Source: Acidimicrobiales bacterium (GTDB lineage Bacteria; Actinomycetota; Acidimicrobiia; Acidimicrobiales; SHLQ01). From it: DNA of 64,000 nt. Numbering within the stretch: position 1 is the stretch's first letter; each line of letters opens with the position of its first letter. The DNA lies in the NCBI GenBank assembly GCA_020629635.1, contig JAHDCX010000007.1, positions 65,003-129,002 of the forward strand, read 5' to 3'. The notes beneath the pieces were generated by a model. The model saw only the letters and a list, made by a program, of their open reading frames with translations, was not told the DNA's origin and searched no databases. A program made the position numbers and the translations under genes. Of this stretch, positions 32,033-41,332 are shown piece by piece.

Positions 32033-33331
32033 ATGACTGCATCGACTATCGCCCCCGCAAATGGACGCCTTGGCGTTCTGCTCCCCGGACTCGGCGCCGT
32101 GGCCAGCACCTTGATCGCCGGCGTCCTCAAGGCTCGGATGACGGGCGAGACGCCCATCGGCTCCGTCAGCCAATCGGCGCACATCCGCCTCGGCACCCGC
32201 GAGGAGGGACGCAATCCACTGATCCGCGAGTTCGTTCCCCTCGCCGAGCTCGACGACCTCGTGTTCGGCGGATGGGATCCACTCTCGGCGAACGCGCTCG
32301 AAGCGGCCCGCACCGCCGACGTGATGACCGAGCAGGACCTCGCTCCCCTGTCGTCTGAGCTTGAGGGCATCGTCGCCATGGATGCCGTGTTCGACCAGAA
32401 GTGGGTCTCTCGCATCGACGGCGTCCGGGTCAAAGACGTCGCCGAGATGGCCGAGCAAGCCGAGGCACTCATGGCCGACATCGAACGCTTTCGCACCGAG
32501 AACGAATGTGACCGGCTCGTCATGGTGTGGTGTGCCTCCACCGAGGCGTACCAGGAGCCTTCGGATGTGCATCGATCGATCGATGCGTTCGAGGCCGGCC
32601 TGAAGGCGAACGACGCCAACATCTCGCCCAGTCAGATCTACGCCTACGCCGCGTTGATGAGCGGAGTGCCGATTGCGAATGGCGCTCCCAATCTGACACT
32701 CGACCTGCCCTGCATGGTCGAGTTGTCCGAACGTGAGGGCGTGCCGATCGCCGGCAAGGACTTCAAGACGGGCCAGACCCTGATGAAGACGCTGATCAGC
32801 CCCGGGCTCAAGGCCCGCATGCTCGGTGTTCGCGGCTGGTACTCGACGAACATCCTCGGCAACCGCGACGGCATGGTGCTCGACGCTCCGGAGAACTTCC
32901 AGACCAAGGAGACCTCCAAGCTCGGCGTGCTCGACACAATTCTGCAGCCCGACGTCTACCCGGAGCTCTACGGTGACATCGAGCACAAGGTTCGCATCGA
33001 CTACTACCCCCCTCGCGGCGACGACAAAGAGGGTTGGGACAACATCGACATCTTTGGATGGCTCGGGTACCCCATGCAGGTCAAGATCAACTTCCTCTGC
33101 CGAGACTCGATTCTGGCCGCACCGATCGTGTTGGATCTCGCGCTCTTCATGGACCTCGCTGCTCGAGCCGGACAGTCGGGAATCCAGGAGTGGTTGAGCT
33201 TCTACTTCAAGGCTCCCCAGGCCGGGTCTGCCGGTCCCGAGCACGACATCTTCATTCAGCAGACCAAGCTGAAGAACACGCTCCGTGAGTGGATGGGCGA
33301 GCAGCCCGTCACCCACTCCGAAGCCGGCTGA
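32033..33331 (+). CDS. ino1: myo-inositol-1-phosphate synthase
   Basis: GLGAVA, WCASTE, NGAPN, GKDFKTGQT, NILGNRDG, CRDSILAAP, FYFKAP. Confidence 0.94.
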   Translation: MTASTIAPANGRLGVLLPGLGAVASTLIAGVLKARMTGETPIGSVSQSAHIRLGTREEGRNPLIREFVPLAELDDLVFGGWDPLSANALEAARTADVMTEQDLAPLSSELEGIVAMDAVFDQKWVSRIDGVRVKDVAEMAEQAEALMADIERFRTENECDRLVMVWCASTEAYQEPSDVHRSIDAFEAGLKANDANISPSQIYAYAALMSGVPIANGAPNLTLDLPCMVELSEREGVPIAGKDFKTGQTLMKTLISPGLKARMLGVRGWYSTNILGNRDGMVLDAPENFQTKETSKLGVLDTILQPDVYPELYGDIEHKVRIDYYPPRGDDKEGWDNIDIFGWLGYPMQVKINFLCRDSILAAPIVLDLALFMDLAARAGQSGIQEWLSFYFKAPQAGSAGPEHDIFIQQTKLKNTLREWMGEQPVTHSEAG

Positions 33332-33350
33332 CGTCCTCGGGATCTCTTTC

Positions 33351-33431
33351 GGGGTCAAGTCTTTCCAATAGACAACACATGCTCGGCGAGTAAACGGCGG
33401 CCTCGGATGTCTATTGGAAAGACTTGACCCC
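33351..33431. repeat. 81-bp element bounded by a perfect 24-bp inverted repeat (REPIN/MITE-like)
   Basis: GGGGTCAAGTCTTTCCAATAGACA (33351-33374) and its exact reverse complement (33408-33431), 33-nt spacer. Confidence 0.85.
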
Positions 33432-33433
33432 AG

Positions 33434-34318
33434 TCAGAGCCAGCTGAGGGTACCGGGCTCGAGGAGCTCGCGGAGGCGCTCGTTGGACTCGTCGAAGGCC
33501 GAGCCATAACGCTCGCGGAGCTCCGGGCTCACCGGGTCGCGGTCACGCTTGTTGTACAGCGGATAGTCCACGCCGCTCATCGGTGGCAGCCCGAGGAAGT
33601 CCGTCGCACGCCGCACGGCCGCCTCCGGGTCGGACTTGAGCTGCGCAGAGTCGAGGACAAGGACCTGATCTCGACCGAAGAGGTCGAAATAGCGTTCGAG
33701 CTGATCGGCGTAGCGACCTCGGTCGAGATAGGCGTGGTGGATGTGGGGCGCCGAGACATACGTTGGGTCGGCGATGATCTTGTCCACCTCGCCGGCGAGC
33801 CGCTCCGGTTCTGCATCGAATGCCTCAGTCATCGACAAGGTCTCGAATCCGCGTTTGACCTCGTGGTTGTGGTGCGACATCGCCCGATCGAGAGGCTCCC
33901 GAAGCACGGTGAGGATCCGGCAGTCGGGCATCAGTTCGTGGATGCGATTCGGGATCACGGGGCTGTAGAGGTAGTACGGGGCGCCCTCGCCGACGGCCGG
34001 CTTGGCACCATGGGCCTCCTCCAGTTCATCCAGCCGGGATCGCCGCGGAAAGTTGCCTCGGTACCACGATTCGGTGTGATCGAAGTTCGTGTCGAAGTAG
34101 TGGACCCCTTTGGCGTTTCGGGGTCCGAACACGAGATCGTGCGCCAGCAGGTAGATGAACAGCGAAGTCGTCCCGCCTCGCTGGGTTCCACAGACCAAGA
34201 AGTTCGGGAGCACCCGTTTGTCGGCATCGAGGCGCCCGACGTTTCGATTGCCCCAGACCCAGAGATCACGGACCGGCTCAGGGAGCGGGCTCTTTCCGAG
34301 CGCCTTGCGACCGATCAT
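33434..34318 (-). CDS. PAPS-dependent sulfotransferase
   Basis: PNFLVCGTQRGGTTSL (5'-PSB loop), KGVHYFD, LREPLDRAMSH (3'-PB), YLDRGRYADQLERY. Confidence 0.9.
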   Translation of the reverse strand: MIGRKALGKSPLPEPVRDLWVWGNRNVGRLDADKRVLPNFLVCGTQRGGTTSLFIYLLAHDLVFGPRNAKGVHYFDTNFDHTESWYRGNFPRRSRLDELEEAHGAKPAVGEGAPYYLYSPVIPNRIHELMPDCRILTVLREPLDRAMSHHNHEVKRGFETLSMTEAFDAEPERLAGEVDKIIADPTYVSAPHIHHAYLDRGRYADQLERYFDLFGRDQVLVLDSAQLKSDPEAAVRRATDFLGLPPMSGVDYPLYNKRDRDPVSPELRERYGSAFDESNERLRELLEPGTLSWL

Positions 34319-35652
34319 ACGAACGCTCCTTCAGTGAGGTCTCCCGTGGCGGAACGCCGGGCACGCTCGGCATACCGTCGGTCACGGAGCGCGAGTGCTG
34401 CCGCCATCATCATGAGCGGCAGCGCCGCCGGAAGGTGGTCGTAATAGAACATCGTCGGCAACGCCGACGCGACCGCAAGGTGCAGCCAGAGCTGTTCTTG
34501 GGTTCTGATCCGGACGCCGGTTCGGATGGTCATCGCCAAGAAGAACCCGGCGTAGAAGACAAGGCCGGGAATGCCCTGGGAGAACAGCGTGGTCCAGACC
34601 ATCCCGTGGGTACCGATCGCCGGGCGATTGGGGTTCGGATTGGCAATCGGTGCGCCGTAGCCGATGAGCGGCGAGCCCGGCACCGCTTCGATCACATCGG
34701 TGTAGATGTCACCCCGAGACTCGAACGAGTGCTCCGAGGTGGCGCGGCTGGTCACGAGGTCACCAAGCGGAGACACCAACGCAACCGACGCGATGAACAA
34801 GATCACGAAGATCGACCGGATCGCCACCACCTGCTGACCAGCCGAGGCCCGGCGAACCGTGACGTAGACGACACCCATGATCAGGGCGATCCACAAGCCT
34901 CGATTGGCCGAAATGATCATCGGTACGCCGGCGAGCGCCAGCACTGGCACGAGCCAGCGGCGACCGTTGGGGAGATGCCGGAACCAGGCGATCGCGATGA
35001 ACGTGCCCGGCACCAGGGTTGCGCCCCACTCGTTCGTGAAGGCGAAGGGCATCGACGGACGGTTCAGCGGGAAGCCGAGGAAGTCCTGCTCTTGGGCGAT
35101 CGGGGGGTTGAAGACGGACTTCACGAAGGAGTTGGACATCAGACCACGAGGAACCACCTGCGACATGAGACTCGGGAATCGGACCTCACCGATGATGACC
35201 CCGAGATACCCGCCGATGATCGCCGTGAAAACGAACACCCCTCCGAGGACGGAGAGAATCTTCCGTGTCGGCAGCAGGCGTGGCGGGAGGTTGTAGACGT
35301 AGAGGAACGCAATGGTCGCTCCGAGATAGCTGAGCTCTCGAATCGTGAAGGACAGATACCTGGTGACGTCGCGATCGAGCGCCGCCACCGAAACGAACGA
35401 CCATCCGAGGAACAAGAACCAGAGACCCATGCCTCTCGGAACTCGGATCGGCTTCATCAACAGCAGCTGGAACGCCATTGCGACGGCAGCGATCACGAAC
35501 GCGAAGTAGGCCAGACCGAGCACCCAGTAAAGCGGTAGCCCAGCGATGAGATAGAGCGGAAGCGCCGGGTTGTTGAGTCCGACGAGCTTCGATTCGTCGA
35601 CCGCGAGGCCTGAGCGCGACTGAAGCTCGAATGCCTGGGGGATGACCGTCAT
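34315..35652 (-). CDS. O-antigen ligase/Wzy polymerase-like membrane protein
   Basis: About 11 TM segments; RPSMPFAFTNEWG, SANRGLW, SR..IY, SPLIGYG, GTHG. Confidence 0.78.
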   Translation of the reverse strand: MTVIPQAFELQSRSGLAVDESKLVGLNNPALPLYLIAGLPLYWVLGLAYFAFVIAAVAMAFQLLLMKPIRVPRGMGLWFLFLGWSFVSVAALDRDVTRYLSFTIRELSYLGATIAFLYVYNLPPRLLPTRKILSVLGGVFVFTAIIGGYLGVIIGEVRFPSLMSQVVPRGLMSNSFVKSVFNPPIAQEQDFLGFPLNRPSMPFAFTNEWGATLVPGTFIAIAWFRHLPNGRRWLVPVLALAGVPMIISANRGLWIALIMGVVYVTVRRASAGQQVVAIRSIFVILFIASVALVSPLGDLVTSRATSEHSFESRGDIYTDVIEAVPGSPLIGYGAPIANPNPNRPAIGTHGMVWTTLFSQGIPGLVFYAGFFLAMTIRTGVRIRTQEQLWLHLAVASALPTMFYYDHLPAALPLMMMAAALALRDRRYAERARRSATGDLTEGAFV

Positions 35653-36845
35653 GGCGTGCTCCTCGGTCCGGATGCGGTGGCGCGGTGCTGGCGCTCGGCG
35701 AGCAGCGCAATCATCGCCAACTGCCGTTCGCCAAGAGCTTGCCACGATCGAGCGGGATCGAGCCGGGCAATGACCTCGAGCAGGTACCAGTCGTCGAGAA
35801 ACTCGCGGTGGGCAGGATCCGCGCCGATCCCGGCGAGCCGTTCGTCGATGTCGCTCGGGAGGTTGCGCTGCCCAGGCTGCTCGTAGGTCCGGGCGAGGTG
35901 GATGAGGTCCAGCCCGAGCGGCACGCCGTCGCCAAATCGCTCCCAATCCCAGACGAACCACGAGTGACCATCTGCGGGCGCCATGTTGAACGGCGACCAG
36001 TCACCGTGCCATGCGCCGACAACGACCTCGGGACCGTTGGCGAGGCGTTCGAGCGTTTGCGAGACCGGCCGATTGTCGGCCAAGCGCTCGAGACGCCGAC
36101 GAAGTTCGTCGAGGCTCTCAAGCGAGCCGATCGGTGAACGACGGGTACCGAACGACGTCGCGATCCGTTTCGCGACGTCGGCGTCGACGCGGGCGACATC
36201 GGTGTTCACCTCAGTGTCATCGACGGGGAGAGGTTCGAGGACGAGCAGCGGACGGCCGCCCCACGCGTCGAACGCAAACACGGAGGGAACCCGAACGCGG
36301 TCGACGGGATTCTCGACAAGATGCGCGAGCGCACGTGCTTCGTTCGTGACCAGTCGATCGGTTTCGTCGTCGGGACCGAGTTTCGCGAATGCGAGCAGCG
36401 AGCCTTCAGTATCGAGGATTCGGATGACCGGCTTGCGATTGGGTCGAACCGGGCCGGAGGCGATCGTGATCTCGATGTCGCTACGCCCGAGGAGGGAGCC
36501 GAGGTGTTCACGCAACGTCGGCGCCGAAGAGTCCGAACGACGGACGATCGACACCTGAGGCAGCAGGCGGGAACTGGCCGAGAGCAGCTGGTAGGCGCCC
36601 TTGGGCAGGGTGACCGACCGCGACGACAGCGTGCGTGTCATCGTTTGGCGCAGCCCGGCATCGCTCTTGGCCGAGACCATGGTCTTTGGATTCGAGGTGC
36701 CGGGCAGAGCGATGTAGGTCTCGACGGCCGTCGCATCGCGGCCGACCGTCACCTCCAACCCGTCGCCGTCGCCGACGAGCACGGGCGACCACCAACCGAG
36801 CCCGCTTGCGGGGTCGGCGCCGCTCGGCGAGCGCCGGCGCACCAT
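35649..36845 (-). CDS. APH/kinase-like phosphotransferase
   Basis: FAKLG...NEARAL, Brenner-type WHGDWSPFNM and VWDWERF. Confidence 0.7.
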   Translation of the reverse strand: MVRRRSPSGADPASGLGWWSPVLVGDGDGLEVTVGRDATAVETYIALPGTSNPKTMVSAKSDAGLRQTMTRTLSSRSVTLPKGAYQLLSASSRLLPQVSIVRRSDSSAPTLREHLGSLLGRSDIEITIASGPVRPNRKPVIRILDTEGSLLAFAKLGPDDETDRLVTNEARALAHLVENPVDRVRVPSVFAFDAWGGRPLLVLEPLPVDDTEVNTDVARVDADVAKRIATSFGTRRSPIGSLESLDELRRRLERLADNRPVSQTLERLANGPEVVVGAWHGDWSPFNMAPADGHSWFVWDWERFGDGVPLGLDLIHLARTYEQPGQRNLPSDIDERLAGIGADPAHREFLDDWYLLEVIARLDPARSWQALGERQLAMIALLAERQHRATASGPRSTP

Positions 36846-37759
36846 CAGACCGACTTGCCCCGACGTTGGAGGAAGCCGACGATCTTGCCTGGTGGCACAC
36901 CGACCATCGCCAGCCCGGCGAGCGCCACCCGTGGCTCGGTCGGGTTGAGCGACAGAATTCGCTTGCAGAGGGCGATCGCGTCACCGCGTTCGCCGAGCGC
37001 CGCTTTGGCGAACGCCTGCTGGCCGAGGATCCGCGCAAAGCCGACCGGCTCGGTCTCGAACTCCGGATACTTGTCCAAGATGTACTGCATGCCCTCGATC
37101 CGCATCTGCCACCGCTCGGCGAACCACGAGTCGTGCCATCGCACGGTGGTCAGCGCCGATGGAACGAGCAGGATGTCGCTCGCCTTGGCCGTCCGCAACA
37201 AGAACTCGTAGTCCTCGGGGTAGGCGTACGGAACGTCCTCGTCGACCAGGCCGACCCGGTCGAGGATCTCGGCGCGGCGGAACAGGAATGTGGAGGGGTG
37301 GAGCTCGAACACGCGTGACTCGAGCAGATCCCGAAAGGTCACTCTCGAATCGTCGCGGATCCGATCGACGCGATGATCCTCATAGGCGACCGTGACCCCG
37401 CATCCAAAGAAGAGCACCTCGGGGTTCGCGTTCGCCAGGTCGATCTGACGTCGGATCTTCGATGGGTACCAGGTGTCGTCGTCGTCGCAGAACGCCACGA
37501 TCTCGCAATCGACGCTCTCGATGCCGGTGTTTCTCGATCCCTGCAGTCCGGGCTTGCGGACGTTGGTGATCGCCTGCACGGGCCGATTGCCGCCCTCGAC
37601 GACCACGGACTCGTCGGGTTCGCACTGATCGAAGACGACCGTGGTCATGACGGTGCCCTCGTAGTCCTGCGCGGCAATCTTCTCGAGCGTCTCGGCGAGC
37701 AGCTCGGGTCGGTTGCCTCGAGTGCAGATGATGGTGTTGACCAGCGGGGTATCGGTCAT
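36845..37759 (-). CDS. GT2 family glycosyltransferase
   Basis: NTIICTR, GLQGSRNTG, AFCDDDD, EDYEFLLR. Confidence 0.9.
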   Translation of the reverse strand: MTDTPLVNTIICTRGNRPELLAETLEKIAAQDYEGTVMTTVVFDQCEPDESVVVEGGNRPVQAITNVRKPGLQGSRNTGIESVDCEIVAFCDDDDTWYPSKIRRQIDLANANPEVLFFGCGVTVAYEDHRVDRIRDDSRVTFRDLLESRVFELHPSTFLFRRAEILDRVGLVDEDVPYAYPEDYEFLLRTAKASDILLVPSALTTVRWHDSWFAERWQMRIEGMQYILDKYPEFETEPVGFARILGQQAFAKAALGERGDAIALCKRILSLNPTEPRVALAGLAMVGVPPGKIVGFLQRRGKSV

Positions 37760-39324
37760 CGGTTCGTCCTCTCCTCGAGCGCGGCATCGGCGGTCTCGGG
37801 GCTCGTGTCGTATCGGTACCGCGACAGCATCACTCGAGTGATTCTCCCGACGAGTTTCTGCATCGACGGATCGAGCTTGGTGCGCCAGGCCTCGTCGGCG
37901 CGAATGGTCACGGGCTTCCGGTCGAGGCGAAGCGGGTTGCCGGCGACCGAATGTCCGCCATCGGGCAGAAGCGGATCGGTGGACATGATCGCTTCGCCGC
38001 TCGGCTCGACCCCAGCGAACCGGAAGATCTGATCGAGCGTCTCCGCTGGAGCGGCCACAAAGTCTTCGTACCGGATCGTCGCAACCGGTGCGCCGAGACG
38101 ATCGATGTTGGCGAAGGCCCAGTTGAACCACAGCCACCGCAACCCGATGCGTCCGGGGTGCAGCGTGTCCATCGCTCGGTCCTCGCCGCGGACCTCGGGA
38201 CGCTTCATGGCCTTGGTCCACGAATGGGCAACGCCGCGGGGGTCGCGGACGAGGTGCAGGATACGAAGATCGACCTCCGGCAGCTGATGCAGCAGCAAGG
38301 CGGTGGAGACGTGCTTCGAGGTGTCGATCACGACCGGAACGTCACCGACTTCCAGTGCGGCGCGCAGAATGCGCGTCACGACGGCGCCGTATTGCACGAT
38401 GCTCGTGGACACCGACTTCGAGAGGCTGGGGCGGACGAGCGCCGGAATGAATCGGGTACGGTCGACGCGCTGTTGGAGCGTCCGCATGCGTTCGCCGCTG
38501 ATGTGGGACCAGCCACCGAACGCCTTTTCGCCGACTTCGCTCCAGAACGGGCATTGGGAGAACGGTTCGCCGCAGCCACACAAGTTGTTCTCGACGAGGC
38601 CCCGTTCCCACATGTGGACGAGTTCGCCGATGTTGATCATGTGTGGATGCTCGTTGAGCAGGTCGGAGATGATCGTGCTTCCCGACCGTGGAACGGATCC
38701 GACGTAGAGCACCGGGATCTTCTTCTCCGTCGCTCGGATGGGCACGACGTCAGCCAGTTCCGCCGGGAGCGCCCTCGCTCGCTCACCGAGCAGGTCGATC
38801 ATCTGATCTTCGAAGTTGCTGATGGCAATCGCCGCATGGCCGTCATCAGAAGCCTCTCGGGATCCTCCCCGTGCAACGGCGGCGTCCAGCAGCCGGAAGA
38901 GTTCGTCCTTCGTCCGCGCGAGGTCGATGTCCCCGTGGGATCCAAGCCGCTCGCAGAAGTCGACCTGGTGATCGTTGACGTGTTCATCGAAGCGCTCTTC
39001 ACGGGGGACGACGATCGGCACGATGCCGTTGGCCCGGCACTGAAGGATGGTGGCCGGACCGCCCTGGCAGACGACGACCGATGCGGCACGGAACTCCTGG
39101 GCCAGCTCGGAGCGACGGAGGTAGTCGACGACGGAGTCGGCACGCTCGGAGGGTCCAGATGTTCCGTGCTGCACGAGAACCGACCCGACCTCGGGCTCTG
39201 CGGCCAGCCACTCGTCGATCCACCAGACCATGCGGTCGAACCGGTGGTAGTCGGTACCGACGATGACGAAGAGTCGCTCGATCCCGGTCGCTGTGGCTCC
39301 GGAGGACTCGGCGTTGGAGGTCAC
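37756..39324 (-). CDS. Fusion of a PssE/Alg13-type glycosyltransferase subunit and a sulfotransferase
   Basis: N-terminal FVIVGTDYHRFDR, GGPATI, VPR...EHVNDHQ; C-terminal YVGSVPRSGST, IDTSK, HLVRDPRGV, RYEDF. Confidence 0.85.
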   Translation of the reverse strand: MTSNAESSGATATGIERLFVIVGTDYHRFDRMVWWIDEWLAAEPEVGSVLVQHGTSGPSERADSVVDYLRRSELAQEFRAASVVVCQGGPATILQCRANGIVPIVVPREERFDEHVNDHQVDFCERLGSHGDIDLARTKDELFRLLDAAVARGGSREASDDGHAAIAISNFEDQMIDLLGERARALPAELADVVPIRATEKKIPVLYVGSVPRSGSTIISDLLNEHPHMINIGELVHMWERGLVENNLCGCGEPFSQCPFWSEVGEKAFGGWSHISGERMRTLQQRVDRTRFIPALVRPSLSKSVSTSIVQYGAVVTRILRAALEVGDVPVVIDTSKHVSTALLLHQLPEVDLRILHLVRDPRGVAHSWTKAMKRPEVRGEDRAMDTLHPGRIGLRWLWFNWAFANIDRLGAPVATIRYEDFVAAPAETLDQIFRFAGVEPSGEAIMSTDPLLPDGGHSVAGNPLRLDRKPVTIRADEAWRTKLDPSMQKLVGRITRVMLSRYRYDTSPETADAALEERTNR

Positions 39325-39842
39325 ATCAGCCTCCCGATCAGCTCGGCTCGCGGATGAAACACCAGCTGGTCTTCCCACTGGACGAGAAATCGGTGCGACA
39401 GCGGAGCGCAGAGGCGTGCGGTGAGCGCGGCTGAATCGATTCGGTCATAGCTCTCGATGTACACGTTCTTTATTCCCATGAGGCGCCCGAGGAGGAAGAA
39501 CGGAAAGGCGACGGCCGCGCCGGTCGACACGAGCACATCGGGGCGTTCGCGGCGCAGCACCTTCCAGGCGAGCACGAAGTTGCGGAGCAGGTTGGGAATG
39601 TTCCGGGTCGTTGGGTAGTGCGCCCACTCGGTTCGTTCGTCTTCGAGCGGTTCGTGGCTGTCGGGCAGGTCGAACGTGACCCAGAACCGGTCGTGTTGTT
39701 CCCACCATGGCTTCAGGATCAGGAGCTGGGCGAGGTGCCCGCCTGACGAGCCGACGAGCCCGACGTTCAGCTCGGTCCCATCACCGAGATCGGCGAGATC
39801 GGTCGGCGGCGCGCTCGCAGCATCAGATTGGTCGTGGTTCAT
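39321..39842 (-). CDS. PssD/Cps14F (Alg14-like) glycosyltransferase subunit
   Basis: VGSSGGHLAQL, PTTRN, RPDVLVSTGAAVA, YIES, FLVQWE. Confidence 0.9.
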   Translation of the reverse strand: MNHDQSDAASAPPTDLADLGDGTELNVGLVGSSGGHLAQLLILKPWWEQHDRFWVTFDLPDSHEPLEDERTEWAHYPTTRNIPNLLRNFVLAWKVLRRERPDVLVSTGAAVAFPFFLLGRLMGIKNVYIESYDRIDSAALTARLCAPLSHRFLVQWEDQLVFHPRAELIGRLM

Positions 39843-40109
39843 GGCTTCTCCAGCCCGCCATGGCAGACGGTTGCGCTGCGTTTCGGTGGTTGCCGAATCA
39901 TCGACACGCAGTGGCGACGTCTGTCCAGGTTGCTCTCTGGTGAAAATCGGTCAGCGCAGCGGGATGTTTAGGGGGGGGTCACAAAGGTCTCGATTCTATG
40001 ACTCCTGAAGAAGGCCATTCGTCGCGCGCCCGAGCGGCACCGGCGGTGACTTACGCTTGAGTCCGCCAATGTTCGGCCGACCGGCATGCGGTACCCCTTG
40101 AAAGGCACG

Positions 40110-41195
40110 ATGTCTGCAACATTCCCGCCCATCGCTCGACGGTCGTGGACGATCCTGATCGTGCTCGCCGTCTTGGCTACGGCGTGCACGGGCGACTCGA
40201 ACGCGTCGCCCGCGACGACCTCGTCGTCGACCACCACGTCGACAACCACCCCGACATCAACGTCGAGCACGACCGTCCCCCCGACCACAGAGTCCTCGGC
40301 TCCGCTTGCGAGCACCGACCCCTGGGCGATCGACGTTCCGGGCGACGATTTCGACGGTGTGCTCCTCGGCTTTGCCACCGGTCTCACCCGGGCTGAGCGG
40401 GCGCCGCGGTTCCGCCAGATCGAAGCCGATGCGGGTCGGCCGTACGACATCGGCCACGTCTTTCACGCCTGGGATCTCGCGATTCCGACCGAGGACGATC
40501 TGATGCACCTCGAGGACGGACGCCTCCTGATGATCTCGTGGAACGGAACCGACACCAAAGAGATCGTGGCCGGCGACCATGACGAGTGGATTCGCCGTCA
40601 GGCCGAGGGGGTGCGCGATCTCGATCGGCGGGTTCTGCTCCGGTGGCTCTGGGAGATGGACGGCAACCGACGTCGCGCCTGGGTCCATTCGGGGCCTGAC
40701 TACGTCGCTGCGTGGAACCACGTGCGGTCGATCTTCGCCGAGGTCGGGGCGACCAACGCCGAATGGGTGTGGTGTCCGAACGAGTTCTTGTTCGCGGAGG
40801 GCAGCGATCCCGAGGTGTGGTACCCCGGCGATGACGAGGTGGATTGGTTGTGCGCCGATGGCTACAACTGGGGCACGTCCGTCGCCTCACCGGATTGGGC
40901 AGACTTCGGCGACATCTTCCGGGACTTTCACGAGTGGGCTTCGGAGAAGGATCTGCCAATCATCATCGGCGAGACCGGCGTCGGCGAAGCCGAGCCGGGT
41001 GCCAAGGCCGACTGGATCCGGACAATCCCCGACCGGCTCGAGACCGACCTTCCCGAGGTCGACGCTCTCGTCTGGTTCGACATCGACTTCACGGACTTCG
41101 GTTTCGACGACTTTCGTGTCGACACCAGTCCCGAGAGCTACGACGCGTGGCTCGAGATCAGCAACGACGACCGACTGAACGCCGTCCAGCGCTGA
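40110..41195 (+). CDS. GH26-family glycoside hydrolase lipoprotein
   Basis: Lipobox LATAC and Ser/Thr linker; LRWLWEMDG (acid/base), WYPGDDEVDW, DGYNWG, IIGETG (nucleophile). Confidence 0.82.
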   Translation: MSATFPPIARRSWTILIVLAVLATACTGDSNASPATTSSSTTTSTTTPTSTSSTTVPPTTESSAPLASTDPWAIDVPGDDFDGVLLGFATGLTRAERAPRFRQIEADAGRPYDIGHVFHAWDLAIPTEDDLMHLEDGRLLMISWNGTDTKEIVAGDHDEWIRRQAEGVRDLDRRVLLRWLWEMDGNRRRAWVHSGPDYVAAWNHVRSIFAEVGATNAEWVWCPNEFLFAEGSDPEVWYPGDDEVDWLCADGYNWGTSVASPDWADFGDIFRDFHEWASEKDLPIIIGETGVGEAEPGAKADWIRTIPDRLETDLPEVDALVWFDIDFTDFGFDDFRVDTSPESYDAWLEISNDDRLNAVQR

Positions 41196-41200
41196 CGAAC

Positions 41201-41329
41201 CTGCGCATGAGCGCCCAACGGGCGCGAACTCGCAGCGACAACACTGCGCATGAGCGCCCAACGGGCGCGAACTCGCAGCGACAACACTGCGCATGAGCGC
41301 CCAACGGGCGCGAACTCGCAGCGACGAAC
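41201..41329. repeat. Three tandem 43-bp hairpin-forming repeats
   Basis: CTGCGCATGAGCGCCCAACGGGCGCGAACTCGCAGCGACAACA at 41201 and 41244; third copy at 41287 differs only at its end. Confidence 0.92.
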
Positions 41330-41332
41330 CTG

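Noticed and set aside
31064-33358. 764-aa ORF suggesting a giant LysR fusion
   Set aside because: The N-terminal 465 codons are the antisense of ino1; the real LysR starts at 31963 behind its own -10 box
41201-41329. CRISPR array
   Set aside because: The units are contiguous with no unique spacers, and no cas genes are in the window
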